Virus record (IMG/VR): IMGVR_UViG_3300045391_004375 | Span: 16,816-80,815 of that record | Source of the DNA: a virus | Taxonomy: Duplodnaviria; Caudoviricetes | Length of the DNA stretch: 64,000 nt | Strand: one strand, 5' to 3' | The notes under the pieces: model-generated | What the model was told of the DNA's origin: nothing | The model's input: only the letters and a program-made list of their open reading frames with translations | Database searches by the model: none | In this document: positions 53,596 to 63,830 of the stretch, in pieces | Numbering within the stretch: the stretch's first letter is position 1 | Layout: every line of letters starts with the position of its first letter | Translations under genes and position numbers: made by a program

Positions 53596-56178
53596 GTGGC
53601 AGCGGAAGGCTTCAAGATCGCCGACGGCTACCTCGACATCGAGGCGGACACCAGCAGCGCGGACCGCGAAGTCGACGACTTCATGCGGGAGTCGAAGGTC
53701 AAGCTGGCCGCCCTGGAAAAGGCCTGGTCACGTAGTGGCAGCGAGGCCGGAGGCCAGTACGGCCGGAACGTCTCCACGTCATCGGAGCGGGAGATCGTCA
53801 ACGGCCTGTGGAAGGACATCAACGGCCGCTGGCACAACGCGATCACCGGCCGCTTCGCGCGCATCGGCGACGACTCCGGCCGGTCCTTCGCCAGCCGGCT
53901 GGGCCGGCGTGCCCGCCGGGACGTCGAGCGTGACCTGGGCGGCTTCTTCGGCTCCCTGGGCCGGGTCCTCGGCAACGGCTTCCAGGCCCTGGGGCGGGCT
54001 GCCGGAGCCGCCTTCTCGTCGCTGACCAGCTTCGGCAGCAAGATCGGCGAGATCGGTAGCAAGATCGGCGAGATCGGCAGCAAGATCGGTGAAGTAGCCG
54101 GCGGCATCATGAGCTTCGCGAAGATCGCATTGATCACCATGGCTATCCCGGCCGTGGTTGGTCTAGCCGCCGCGCTGTCCAACTTGTGGGCGTTAATTCT
54201 GCTACTCCCCGGCGCCATCGGCGGCCTACTGGCCACGATCGCGCCCCTCGTGATTGCCTTCCATGGCTTCGGCGAGGCCATTGGGGCCGGCTTTTCTGGC
54301 GACGCGGCCAAATTCAAGGAGGCCCTCAAAGGGCTAGCCGAGCCGGCGCAGAAGGTGGTCAAGGAAATCGTTGGCCTGAAGAATGCCCTTTCGGCCATCC
54401 GTAACGATGTGCAGACCGCCTTTTTCGCCCCCCTGATCGGCCAATTCAAGGCCCTCGGTACCACCCTGCTGCCAGTACTGCGCGGTGGCCTGGAAGACGT
54501 CGCGGACGCCCTGGGCAACCTGGCCGGGTCGTTTCTGACCATGCTCCGACAGAGCAACGTACTCGCGGACTTCCAGGTCCTTTTCGTCTCCACCGGCAAG
54601 ATCATCCGCACGATGACCGCCCCCCTGACCCACCTGTTCAGCAGCCTGGCCGACACCATGGCCGCCGCTATGCCGTTCATCGAACGGATCTTCGGTGCCA
54701 TCGGCCGGGGTACCGACCGGCTGGCCAGCTTCCTGGAAGACTCGGTGAAGACCGGAAAGTTCCAGGCATGGATGGAGAAGGCATTTACAACCGCCAAAGA
54801 TCTGTTCGCTTTGCTGGGTGCTTTCGGCGATATGTTCAGCGCCATTCTTGGCAATGAGGACGCCCAGAAGAATGGCGAAGGATTCCTGCGGTCGCTGACC
54901 AAACACTTCCAGGACATGGCTACATTCTTCCGGTCCGACGACGGCAAGAAGTTTCTGAAGAATCTCACCGACAGCCTGCAGCAAATCGGCTATCTGGTCG
55001 AACACATGGTGGTACTTTTCGGCGCGATGGCTCGGGGTCTGAACGGCTTTGTCGCATTCATCGACGGCATTGGTCCGGCGCTGTCCGCGTTCTGGGGCTG
55101 GATTACCGCAATCGCCTCGGCCATCTCCGGCGGCTTCATGACCGGCGTGCACGCGGTGGCCGACTTCTTCGTCATGCTCGGGACCACCATCTGGGGATTC
55201 ATCACCAGCGCGGGCCAGGCCATCGCCGGCTGGTTCATGTCGGTGGTCGGCTGGTTCGAGGCGCTGCCCGGCCGGATCTGGGCCGCCATCTCCGCCGTCC
55301 CCGGGCTCATCGCCTCGGCATGGACCGCCATTTTCGACGCCTTCTTCACCGGCATCGGATATGTGACCGGCCTGATCCTGATGTTCGTCACCCACATCCC
55401 GGAACTGCTGTCCAGCATGTGGCAGTGGATCGAAAACCGGTTCATGGACGGCGTACACGCCATCGCCGGCTTCCTGAACGCCCTGCCCGGCATCGCCTCG
55501 AACTTCTTCGGCGCCCTCTACAACACGATCACCTCCTACGTGTCCAGCGCCTACCACTCGATCGTGTCCTGGCTGTCCGGCATCGGCCCGGCCATCGGCC
55601 GATGGTTCTCCGACGCGTGGAGCCGGGCCAAGTCCAGCACCAGCGACGGCGTCAACTCGGTGATGTCCTACATTCACGGCTTGCCCGGCCGGGTCGTTGG
55701 CGCACTGTCGGGGGCGGCCAACTGGCTGTATGACGTTGGCCAGAACATGATCCGGGGCCTCATCCGAGGCATCGAGTCGATGATCAGCTCCGCCATCAGC
55801 ACGATCAAGCGTGCGGTGGGCGACATCATCAGCGGCGCCAAGCATGCCGCCGGCATCGGCTCCCCGTCCAAGGTCATGGCCAAAGAGGTGGGCCGCTGGC
55901 TGCCCCGAGGCATCGAGATGGGCATCCGGGCCGAGATGCCGGCCCTGCAGCGGTACATGGAAGGCGCGATGACCGCCCTCACCCAGGCCGCCCCCCAGGT
56001 GAACGTCGCGGGCGCCCAGGTGGCCGTCGGGGCCCCGCGCGTCGTGGTCATGCTCGACGGCAAGGAGATCTCGGCCAAGCTCGACATCGACCCGGCCCGG
56101 GTGGCCGCCGCCGCCGCCGAAGGCAACCGGCGGCGGGCGTTCGTCAACACCGGCCGGCCCGTGAGCGCGGCAGCGTAA
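53596..56178 (+). CDS. tape measure protein
   Basis: Amphipathic F/W repeats; GIGSPSKVM..G.W C-terminal motif. Confidence 0.9.
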   Translation: MAAEGFKIADGYLDIEADTSSADREVDDFMRESKVKLAALEKAWSRSGSEAGGQYGRNVSTSSEREIVNGLWKDINGRWHNAITGRFARIGDDSGRSFASRLGRRARRDVERDLGGFFGSLGRVLGNGFQALGRAAGAAFSSLTSFGSKIGEIGSKIGEIGSKIGEVAGGIMSFAKIALITMAIPAVVGLAAALSNLWALILLLPGAIGGLLATIAPLVIAFHGFGEAIGAGFSGDAAKFKEALKGLAEPAQKVVKEIVGLKNALSAIRNDVQTAFFAPLIGQFKALGTTLLPVLRGGLEDVADALGNLAGSFLTMLRQSNVLADFQVLFVSTGKIIRTMTAPLTHLFSSLADTMAAAMPFIERIFGAIGRGTDRLASFLEDSVKTGKFQAWMEKAFTTAKDLFALLGAFGDMFSAILGNEDAQKNGEGFLRSLTKHFQDMATFFRSDDGKKFLKNLTDSLQQIGYLVEHMVVLFGAMARGLNGFVAFIDGIGPALSAFWGWITAIASAISGGFMTGVHAVADFFVMLGTTIWGFITSAGQAIAGWFMSVVGWFEALPGRIWAAISAVPGLIASAWTAIFDAFFTGIGYVTGLILMFVTHIPELLSSMWQWIENRFMDGVHAIAGFLNALPGIASNFFGALYNTITSYVSSAYHSIVSWLSGIGPAIGRWFSDAWSRAKSSTSDGVNSVMSYIHGLPGRVVGALSGAANWLYDVGQNMIRGLIRGIESMISSAISTIKRAVGDIISGAKHAAGIGSPSKVMAKEVGRWLPRGIEMGIRAEMPALQRYMEGAMTALTQAAPQVNVAGAQVAVGAPRVVVMLDGKEISAKLDIDPARVAAAAAEGNRRRAFVNTGRPVSAAA

Positions 56179-56188
56179 GGAGGCGGGC

Positions 56189-57097
56189 GTGACCGACAGC
56201 AACATCTACTTCGGCAATCCGGGGTCCCTGGTCACCCTGCCGCAGCCCCGGGGCGGGGTGAAAACCACCCGGGTGCGCGGCGCCCAGGTGTCCCAGCTCG
56301 GCAACGGCGAAGTGCGTACCCGCCGCATCCTGCAGGGCAGCCGACAGTTCACCCTCAGCTACGAGACGCTGACGTTCGACACCCACTCGACGCTGCTCGC
56401 CTTCGACCAGGGCCACTACGGCCCAGGCCCGTACGCCTTCCTGGACCCGGGCGAGCGCAACATGCTCACCGTCAACCAGTCCGGCGCCACTTCGCTGACC
56501 AACGGCACCGAAAACTTCACCATCGCCGGCTCCGGCTGCTCGATCGCCTCGTCGACCACGCTGACCACCGGCACCCCGCGCTCCCTCGCCTGGACGTTCA
56601 ACTTCACCAGCCCCGCCTCGGCCAGCGCGGTGCTCACCCTCGACACCCCGTACCAGGGCTGGCCGGGCATCCCCGTGGTCAGCAGCCGCCCACTGTGCTT
56701 CGCCTGCCAGCTGCGCGGCGGCGGCACCGACGCCGTGGTCAGCTTCGCCCTGGAGCTGCAGTGGTACGACATCACCCAGGCCCTGCTGTCCACCTCGACC
56801 GGCTCGACGGCCACCACGTCGAGCGGCGCCTGGACGACCGCCAGCGTGGCCGCCACACCGCCGGCCAACTCGGTGTATGTGCTGCCCCGGGTGCACTACG
56901 TGTCGGGCGCCTCGGCCGGCTCGATCATCTACCTGAGCCAGTTCATGCTGGCCGAGAACACCACCACGGAGACGTGGCGTCCCGGCACCGGCGTGTACCC
57001 GGTCGGGATCCTCAGCTACGTGGACGACTGGCCCTGGCAGTACTCCACGGAGGTGCGTAGCGGCCCCGTGCTGGTCCTCCAGCAGGACGGGAGGTAA
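56189..57097 (+). CDS. distal tail / minor tail protein with a CBM-like insert
   Basis: Follows the TMP; FLDP..NML then a beta-sandwich. Confidence 0.7.
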   Translation: MTDSNIYFGNPGSLVTLPQPRGGVKTTRVRGAQVSQLGNGEVRTRRILQGSRQFTLSYETLTFDTHSTLLAFDQGHYGPGPYAFLDPGERNMLTVNQSGATSLTNGTENFTIAGSGCSIASSTTLTTGTPRSLAWTFNFTSPASASAVLTLDTPYQGWPGIPVVSSRPLCFACQLRGGGTDAVVSFALELQWYDITQALLSTSTGSTATTSSGAWTTASVAATPPANSVYVLPRVHYVSGASAGSIIYLSQFMLAENTTTETWRPGTGVYPVGILSYVDDWPWQYSTEVRSGPVLVLQQDGR

Positions 57098-57100
57098 CGG

Positions 57101-60100
57101 GTGCAGAGCGCCAGCGCCAACTACATCCAGGCGGCCACCGGCGCCGGTGGGGCGTGGGCGGAACCGCAGCTACGGGCCGACTGGTGGGTTGACGGCGTGT
57201 TCACCTCGATCGCGTCGACCGACAAGACGCTGATCGTGGCCGACAGTTTCGACCGGGTGGTCATCGACGGCTGGGGCCAGACCGACACCGGCCACACCTG
57301 GCTGTTCTCCGGCGACGGCACGGTGGCCGACATCGACGTGGCCAACGGCGTGGGCACCCACGCGATCAGCGGCTCGACCGACTCGGCCCGGATCTGCACC
57401 ATTTCCGGCCTGACCATGCTGGACTGCGACATCCTGGTGTCCGCGCAGGTCGCGGTGCCCACCGGCACCGGCGGCGGCATCGAGGCGTGCACGTTCTACT
57501 TCCGGTACGACACCGCCGCCGGCAACTACTACCAGGTCCGGACCGTCATCGGGGTGGGCGGGGCCGTCACCGTGGCGATCTTCTACTCGCTGGCGTTCGC
57601 CGAGGTGAACCTGGCGTCCCTGACCGTGCCAGGGCTCACCCACCAGGCCGACGAGCCGCTACGGGTGCGCGCCCGCACCGTGGGCAGCACCATCCAGATC
57701 CGGGTGTGGCGCCTCGGCCAGGCCGAGCCGACTAGCTGGCACCTGACCGTCACCGACTCGCACGTCACCGCCCCCGGCACGGTGGCGTTGCGGTCGGCCA
57801 TCTACACCGGCAACACCAACCCGAAGCCGCTGATCTTCTCCTACGACACGTTCCGGGCCGTCTCGGCCGCCATCGACGACCTGACCCGCTCCACCGGGGA
57901 CTGGTCGGTGAAGCACTTCCTGGACGACGGCTACCCCGACTCGGTCACCTACATTTCCGGCATCGGGGTGCCCGAACTGTCCGCCACCGTGGAGGCGCCA
58001 TCGGCCTACCTCACCAACGGCCCGATGCGGGACGCCGCGTTCTTCAGCCCCTACAACGACCTGTCGCCGATGTTCGGCCTGGACCGGGACGTGGCGCCGG
58101 TCAAGCTCGACCACGGGGTGGTGGGGTCCGCCGGCCAGGAACGGGTGCGGGTGTTCACCGGCCAGATGATGGACGTGGCCGTGAAGTCCGGCACGGCCAC
58201 CTTGACGGCCACGTCGGCCACCCGGCTACTCATGCAGAAGCTGGTGCAGCCGCCGCCGTTCCGGGGCAACACCACCACCTTCTCCGACTCGCCCGGGGCG
58301 AACGCCTCCTGGCCGATCTCCTGGGCGCTGTACCAGTGCGGCCTGTACGTGGGGCCGCCGCCGCGCCAGCTGACCACCGGGACCGTGTGGTGGACCCCCA
58401 TGCACGGCAGCACGAGGCCGTTCTACCCGAGCCGCAGCTACAACCCCGACACGCTCGGGTCCCGGCCCATCTACCAGTCGTTCAAGCGGCGCGCCGCCGA
58501 CACCGTGTTGAGTGGCAGCCGCCCCGGCTGGGTGCTCGGCCCCTACCTGACCGGCATCGACCTGCAGGCGAAAGCCGACGAGCAGCGGCACATCGGGCTG
58601 GGCAACCTCGACCTGGACACCGCCTACCCGTTCTTCTCGCAGGCCGGCTCAACCGGCCGGCTCGAATTCTGGGTGCGGGGCGACGCCACCGACGTCAACA
58701 ACATTCCGGGCGGTTCGGCCAGCGTCTCCAAGCTGGTCGGCATCCAGACCGCCGGGGGCATCGGGGTAGGCACTGCCGGGGTTGAGGCCGGCGTCAACAC
58801 GTCCCGCCAGGTGTACGTGAAGGCCTCCGACGGCACCACGGTGGTCACCCTCACCAGTACCGACACGCTGCCCACCGACGGTGCCTGGCACCCGGTCGGC
58901 GCGGCCTGGTCGATCTCCGGCAAGAAGCTGTGGCTGCAGAACTTCAACGGCACCACCCGCTCCACCGCCGTCGGGGCGTGGACCACGTCCGGGCTGCCGG
59001 CCGGCGACACCTGGATCGAGCCGTACCCCACGTTCGTGGCGTACGTGCCGATCGCCGAAGTGCAGCTCAACGCCGGCACCCAGGCTAACGTCGACAACTT
59101 CCCGACCTGGCTGGGGGCGACCGCGTTCACCGCCGACGCCGTGGTCAGCCCCTCCAACATCGAGCTGGCCGGCGTGTACGAGAAAGCCCCCCGGGAGGCG
59201 TGGGAACTGATCGCCGGCTACGCCCAGGGCGAACTGGCCAGCATGCGGTGCGACGAAACCGACGTGTTCCTGTACCTGACCCCCGGCTGGTGGGTGAAAG
59301 ACAGCCAGCAGGCGGTCCAGGAGGTGCTCTCCACCGACTCCAACGCCGACGAGCCGGACATCAACATCGACGTCACCAAGATCAAGAACACGATTCAGGT
59401 GACCTACGACGCGGCCGACATCGACGGCGCCAGCCGTGCTGTCTTCAGCCTGTCCGACCTGCTGCAGATCCCGCCGGGCGACTCGACGTGGCGTTTCACG
59501 TTCAGCGACCCGGTGGTCAACATCATGACGACGCCGGTCCAGCTCGCCAACGACGTCGACTTCACCGTGTCGACCTTCCCGGACAAGACATACATCACCC
59601 TCAACAACGCCAGCGACGGATCCGGCACCTTCGCCGACTCGACCATGGCCAGCGTCGACCAGACCATCGACTGGGACGCCGGTGGGGCCACCTGGGTGAT
59701 CAGTAACTTCACCACCGGCAACCTGTACACGGTCAACAACTCGAACAAGCCGACCTTGCAGATCTGGGGCCAGGCGGTGCACGTCACCAGCACGTCCGTC
59801 GTGGAGTACGACCCGGTGTCGGTTGCCCAGCGGGGGGTCCGGTCACTGCAGGTCTCAGCGTCCGCGCTGGACTCCGACGTGGCTGCCCGCGCGCTCGCCC
59901 GCAAGGTCAAGATGGGGCTGCGGACCGGCCGGCCGGCGGTCGACGCGTTGACTCTGTTCGGCGATGCCCGCCGCCAGCCCGGCGACCTGGTCACGTTCAC
60001 CGACCCGAGCCTCACCAAGGCCTCCGGGCAGTGGCGGACCCAGTCGGTCACCCACACCCAGAAGGACGGCGAATTCGAGCAGCAGGTGATCGTCCGGCCG

Positions 60101-60169
60101 GTGTTGCCGATCTGCGTCGTCGGCACCGGCCGGATCGGCCAGACGCTGGTCGGGCCCAGGTCCACATGA
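57101..60169 (+). CDS. large minor tail (hub/receptor-binding) protein
   Basis: Synteny; LamG-like DGAWHPV segment; RQPGDLVTF C-terminus. Confidence 0.75.
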   Translation: MQSASANYIQAATGAGGAWAEPQLRADWWVDGVFTSIASTDKTLIVADSFDRVVIDGWGQTDTGHTWLFSGDGTVADIDVANGVGTHAISGSTDSARICTISGLTMLDCDILVSAQVAVPTGTGGGIEACTFYFRYDTAAGNYYQVRTVIGVGGAVTVAIFYSLAFAEVNLASLTVPGLTHQADEPLRVRARTVGSTIQIRVWRLGQAEPTSWHLTVTDSHVTAPGTVALRSAIYTGNTNPKPLIFSYDTFRAVSAAIDDLTRSTGDWSVKHFLDDGYPDSVTYISGIGVPELSATVEAPSAYLTNGPMRDAAFFSPYNDLSPMFGLDRDVAPVKLDHGVVGSAGQERVRVFTGQMMDVAVKSGTATLTATSATRLLMQKLVQPPPFRGNTTTFSDSPGANASWPISWALYQCGLYVGPPPRQLTTGTVWWTPMHGSTRPFYPSRSYNPDTLGSRPIYQSFKRRAADTVLSGSRPGWVLGPYLTGIDLQAKADEQRHIGLGNLDLDTAYPFFSQAGSTGRLEFWVRGDATDVNNIPGGSASVSKLVGIQTAGGIGVGTAGVEAGVNTSRQVYVKASDGTTVVTLTSTDTLPTDGAWHPVGAAWSISGKKLWLQNFNGTTRSTAVGAWTTSGLPAGDTWIEPYPTFVAYVPIAEVQLNAGTQANVDNFPTWLGATAFTADAVVSPSNIELAGVYEKAPREAWELIAGYAQGELASMRCDETDVFLYLTPGWWVKDSQQAVQEVLSTDSNADEPDINIDVTKIKNTIQVTYDAADIDGASRAVFSLSDLLQIPPGDSTWRFTFSDPVVNIMTTPVQLANDVDFTVSTFPDKTYITLNNASDGSGTFADSTMASVDQTIDWDAGGATWVISNFTTGNLYTVNNSNKPTLQIWGQAVHVTSTSVVEYDPVSVAQRGVRSLQVSASALDSDVAARALARKVKMGLRTGRPAVDALTLFGDARRQPGDLVTFTDPSLTKASGQWRTQSVTHTQKDGEFEQQVIVRPVLPICVVGTGRIGQTLVGPRST

Positions 60170-60196
60170 TCACGCGAGTAAGGAGATAGGGCAGCC

Positions 60197-60712
60197 GTGA
60201 CGACTTACCCGATCGTCGCCCTCAACGATGGTGACGTGCTGGACCCGGCGTGGATCGACGACATTACCGACTCGGCGAACGACCACGAGACCCGCATCGG
60301 CGTGCTGGAGAGCCCCACCTGGATCGACTACACCCTGGTGTGGTCGGCCAGCACCACCAATCCGACGGTCGTCACCACCAACCTGAAGTCCCGCTACCAG
60401 TACGTCACCTCCAAGCAGGTGGCGGTCCAGGTCCGCATCGACCTGACCACCGGCGCCAGCAAGGGCTCCGGTAGCTACACGTTCAACCTGCCGGTCGCGG
60501 CGGTTAACTCCACCGGCAACGGCGCCACCGGGCAGTGGATCATGAATGACTCCGCCTCGGCCGTCCGGATGGGTCAGGCCATCATCGAGACCACGTCGAC
60601 CACGCTGAAGCTGTTCCGGGCCTCCGACGGCCTCCAGCTCGCCAGCACGAACATCGCCGGCACCTTCACCACCTCGTGGCTGCAGTTCTCGATCCAGTAC
60701 GAGGTTGCCTAA
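60197..60712 (+). CDS. minor tail / fibre protein
   Basis: W.DYT..W..STTNP..YTFNLPV. Confidence 0.6.
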   Translation: MTTYPIVALNDGDVLDPAWIDDITDSANDHETRIGVLESPTWIDYTLVWSASTTNPTVVTTNLKSRYQYVTSKQVAVQVRIDLTTGASKGSGSYTFNLPVAAVNSTGNGATGQWIMNDSASAVRMGQAIIETTSTTLKLFRASDGLQLASTNIAGTFTTSWLQFSIQYEVA

Positions 60713-60788
60713 CCGACAGTGGCGGGGGTTGGCACACCCGTGACCTAGCGTGCGACACTGCAGGCAACTGTCACCCGAAAGGATGCGC

Positions 60789-61590
60789 CATGACCCACCA
60801 CACCCGCCCCCGTCGCTACGTCCGCCGGCACGCCCGCCAGCACGATGCCTACCCGTGGTGGTTCACCTCCGCCCTGACCCTGTTCGTCGCCCTGTGCACC
60901 GGGCTTACGGTGGTCAGTTCGCTGGCCGCCGTCGGGCCCCGCCCGGCCGCAGCCACCGCCCGCCCGGTGGTCATCGAAGTGGTCGGTGACTCGATCACTG
61001 TGGCCGCCGACGTGCCCGGCGGCTGGCGGGAGCCCCTCGCCGACCTGATCCAGAACGCCACCGGCTCCCGGCCGATCATCCGCTGGTACGCGGCCGGCGG
61101 CTGGTCCACCGCCGACGCCTGGCCCGGCTTCCCGGCCAGCATGGCCGCCTGGAACCCGGATCTCGTGCTGTACGCCCTCGGCACCAACGACGGCTGGGAT
61201 CCGCAGGGTGCGCAGACCCGCACCAGCAAGGTGCTCGGCGCGATCAACGACATGACCGCCGCGAACGTGGCGGTGTCGTTCGTGGCCTACTCGGACCCGG
61301 TCCGGTCCGGCCAGCCGAACCTGGCCAACCTGCAGGCCAGCGTCAACGACGCCCTGTACCGGGCCTACCAGGCGGCCGGCTTCTGGTCGGCCACCCCGCC
61401 GGCCCGCTACGCCGGCCTGGCCGACTTCCAGGCCCTCGGCGGCAACTGCCTGGACGCCAAGGGTGTGCACCCCAACGCCGCCGGCTACCAGCTCATGGCG
61501 GCACTGTGGTTCAACGCCATGGCCGGCAAGTACGGCTGGTCGAAGGCGCCCCTGCCGACCGGCTGCGCCACCAACGGGCACCGGCCGTGA
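60789..61590 (+). CDS. membrane-anchored SGNH/GDSL hydrolase
   Basis: VGDSIT, GWST, LGTND and GVHPN blocks; N-terminal TM helix. Confidence 0.88.
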
Positions 61591-61838
61591 CGTCCGGCCG
61601 GGTCCCCGGGTGGGCGTCACGGCACTGGCCGCAACGCCAACCCCTCGACACGCTCGACAGTGAGGCGCGCGCCGACGCCCTCTGGTGGTGTGTCCGGTGC
61701 CTGGCCGGCGCGATGGTGGCCGGCGGGCTCAGTGGCCACGTCGGCGCGGCAGCCCTACTGGCCATCCTGATTATGGTGTTCTTCGTGTGGGTCGAGATAC
61801 CGATGGAAGACGAGGTGGAACCGGAGATGAGCCCATGA
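61587..61838 (+). CDS. small membrane protein
   Basis: GTGA overlap; TM helices. Confidence 0.5.
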   Translation: MTSGRVPGWASRHWPQRQPLDTLDSEARADALWWCVRCLAGAMVAGGLSGHVGAAALLAILIMVFFVWVEIPMEDEVEPEMSP

Positions 61839-62767
61839 GCAGCGCCCCCGCCGACCTGCTGGAACTTCGCCGCATCGTGATGGTCGAGACGGGTCTGACC
61901 GACCCGGTTTCGGTGGGCATCGTCGGTGACGGCGCCCACCAGCGCACCGGCGGCTACCACGAAGGCAAAGACGTCTTGACCATGATCGGGCGGTACCACC
62001 CGGGCGCGGCGGCCGGCTCGACCGGCGAGGACTACTCGTGCCGGCTGCAGCGCGACCGGTCCGGCCTGACCAACGGCTCCTCCGGGATGGACATCGGCTA
62101 CCGGTGGCCGAAGGGCGGCAACGCCGCCTGGCTGCGCTTCAACAACCTGCTGGTCGACCAGCTCCTCAAGGGCGATTCGGCCCTGGCCCCGATCCGGGGC
62201 GTGAACTACAGCCCCGACGGCAAGGCCAAGGTCCGACGGGACCGGCAGAACGGCTTCACGGCGCAGTCCACCACGGACACGGTCGACGTCCACACCCACA
62301 TCGAGTTCTACCGCGACACCGAAGGCCGACGCGAGGCGTGCATCGCCCGCCTCGGCCAGCTCATGCACACCGCCGTCACCGGTGGTCAGCTCCCCGCCAC
62401 CGTGGCGGCAACACAGGAGGTACCCGACGAAATGATGATGTTGGCCACCGACGGCAAGAACTGGTACATGTGCAACGGCATGTGGTCGCGGATCGTTCCG
62501 TCGGCCACCGACGCCGACCGCAAGAACGCCACCCACCTGGCCCAGCAGCTCGGCTTCGCGCACGGCCCGACCGGCGGCGACGCCGAGTGGATGGGCCAGT
62601 ACGGCGGTTGGGTGCGGACCGGCTGGTATCCGGAGCTGTACGGCCCGGTGGTCGACGTGGCGACCACCTCGACCCCGGCTCAGCCGGCGGCCGGCACGCC
62701 CGGGGTGACCACGACGCAGCTTGCCGACGCCTACACGGCGGCGGCCGAGAAGCTGCGCGGCGCCTGA
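61835..62767 (+). CDS. putative endolysin (Zn-peptidase-like)
   Basis: GIVGD.AH..GGYH..DYS..D..HTH; located before holin-like genes. Confidence 0.65.
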   Translation: MSSAPADLLELRRIVMVETGLTDPVSVGIVGDGAHQRTGGYHEGKDVLTMIGRYHPGAAAGSTGEDYSCRLQRDRSGLTNGSSGMDIGYRWPKGGNAAWLRFNNLLVDQLLKGDSALAPIRGVNYSPDGKAKVRRDRQNGFTAQSTTDTVDVHTHIEFYRDTEGRREACIARLGQLMHTAVTGGQLPATVAATQEVPDEMMMLATDGKNWYMCNGMWSRIVPSATDADRKNATHLAQQLGFAHGPTGGDAEWMGQYGGWVRTGWYPELYGPVVDVATTSTPAQPAAGTPGVTTTQLADAYTAAAEKLRGA

Positions 62768-62891
62768 CCACAGCGCGTCAGGAAGCCCCTCGAACTGGCG
62801 CGAATACGATCACACACGGTAAGGTCTCCCACCACAGGGGGGCCTTACCGTTGTAAAGTCAGGCCTTTCTGCCTGCCTGAAAGGGGCCACG

Positions 62892-63230
62892 GTGGGCGAT
62901 TTGTTAGCGGGGATTCCCACCGAGGTCATCACCGGTGGTGGGCTTGGCGGTATCGTCCTGCTGGGTATCTGTCTCATCATGACCGGCAAGCTCGTTCCGG
63001 GCCGGCTGCACGACGAGGTGAGGCAGGACCGGGACAAATGGCGCTTGACCGCTGAGACCAGCGAAAAACGGGGGGATGTTCTCAGCGCCCAGCTGGAAAA
63101 GCTCCTCACGCAGGGGCAGACGACGGAGACCCTCATGAAAGCCATCCACCAGGCTATCGAGCGGGACGCAGAGGAACGTCGCTACCGCCTGCGGGACCGG
63201 CCACCGGACCGTGGCCGGGGTGATCGCTGA
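62892..63230 (+). CDS. lysis-region membrane/coiled-coil protein
   Basis: One TM helix, GKLVPG.LH, then coiled coil. Confidence 0.65.
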   Translation: MGDLLAGIPTEVITGGGLGGIVLLGICLIMTGKLVPGRLHDEVRQDRDKWRLTAETSEKRGDVLSAQLEKLLTQGQTTETLMKAIHQAIERDAEERRYRLRDRPPDRGRGDR

Positions 63231-63463
63231 TGCGCTGGTTCGACTTGGCGTCGTGGCCCTGGGGTGGCTGGCTGGAGCGCCACCGGAAGTCGCAGGAGAA
63301 CAGTCCGGGGACCGACGCCGACCAGGCCCTGGCGCGGGCGCGGAAGGCCCTCAGCGACGATATGGACCGCTGGCCGGAAATTGTCCGATTGGGCGACTCG
63401 CTTCGTCACGCCACAGTGCGTAATCATTTCAGCGAGGCCATGGAGCGAATCATCCGAGGGTAG
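63230..63463 (+). CDS. lysis-region hypothetical protein
   Basis: TGATG coupling; ..NHFSEAMERI. Confidence 0.65.
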   Translation: MRWFDLASWPWGGWLERHRKSQENSPGTDADQALARARKALSDDMDRWPEIVRLGDSLRHATVRNHFSEAMERIIRG

Positions 63464-63470
63464 AAGGCGA

Positions 63471-63830
63471 ATGAACTGGGATCGCGTACTGGAAACCGTC
63501 ACCGCGTGTATATGGGTGATCGCCTTCCTGGGGGGAGCCTCATTTTTGGTGTGCTATGCCCGTTTTGACTGGCGTAGCCACCCCTGGGGTCGCAACGTCA
63601 TGGCGTTCATTGCCATGATCGAGTTGATCCTGGGACTGTCGCTGGCCCGATGGTTCTTCGGGGACTACCCGGGCCGGCGCGTCATCCTGGCGCTGGCCGC
63701 CACCGCCTACGCGGTGGTCATCTGGCACCGGTTCTCCCTGCTCATTCGCCGCCCGAAGCGGACCCGCCCCGAAGCGATTTCGGGTGGCGCCCGGTCGGCC
63801 CCAGTGGACGGAGGCGTCCATGAACGGTAG
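63471..63830 (+). CDS. 3-TM lysis-region membrane protein
   Basis: W..HPWGRNVM with three TM helices. Confidence 0.7.
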   Translation: MNWDRVLETVTACIWVIAFLGGASFLVCYARFDWRSHPWGRNVMAFIAMIELILGLSLARWFFGDYPGRRVILALAATAYAVVIWHRFSLLIRRPKRTRPEAISGGARSAPVDGGVHER

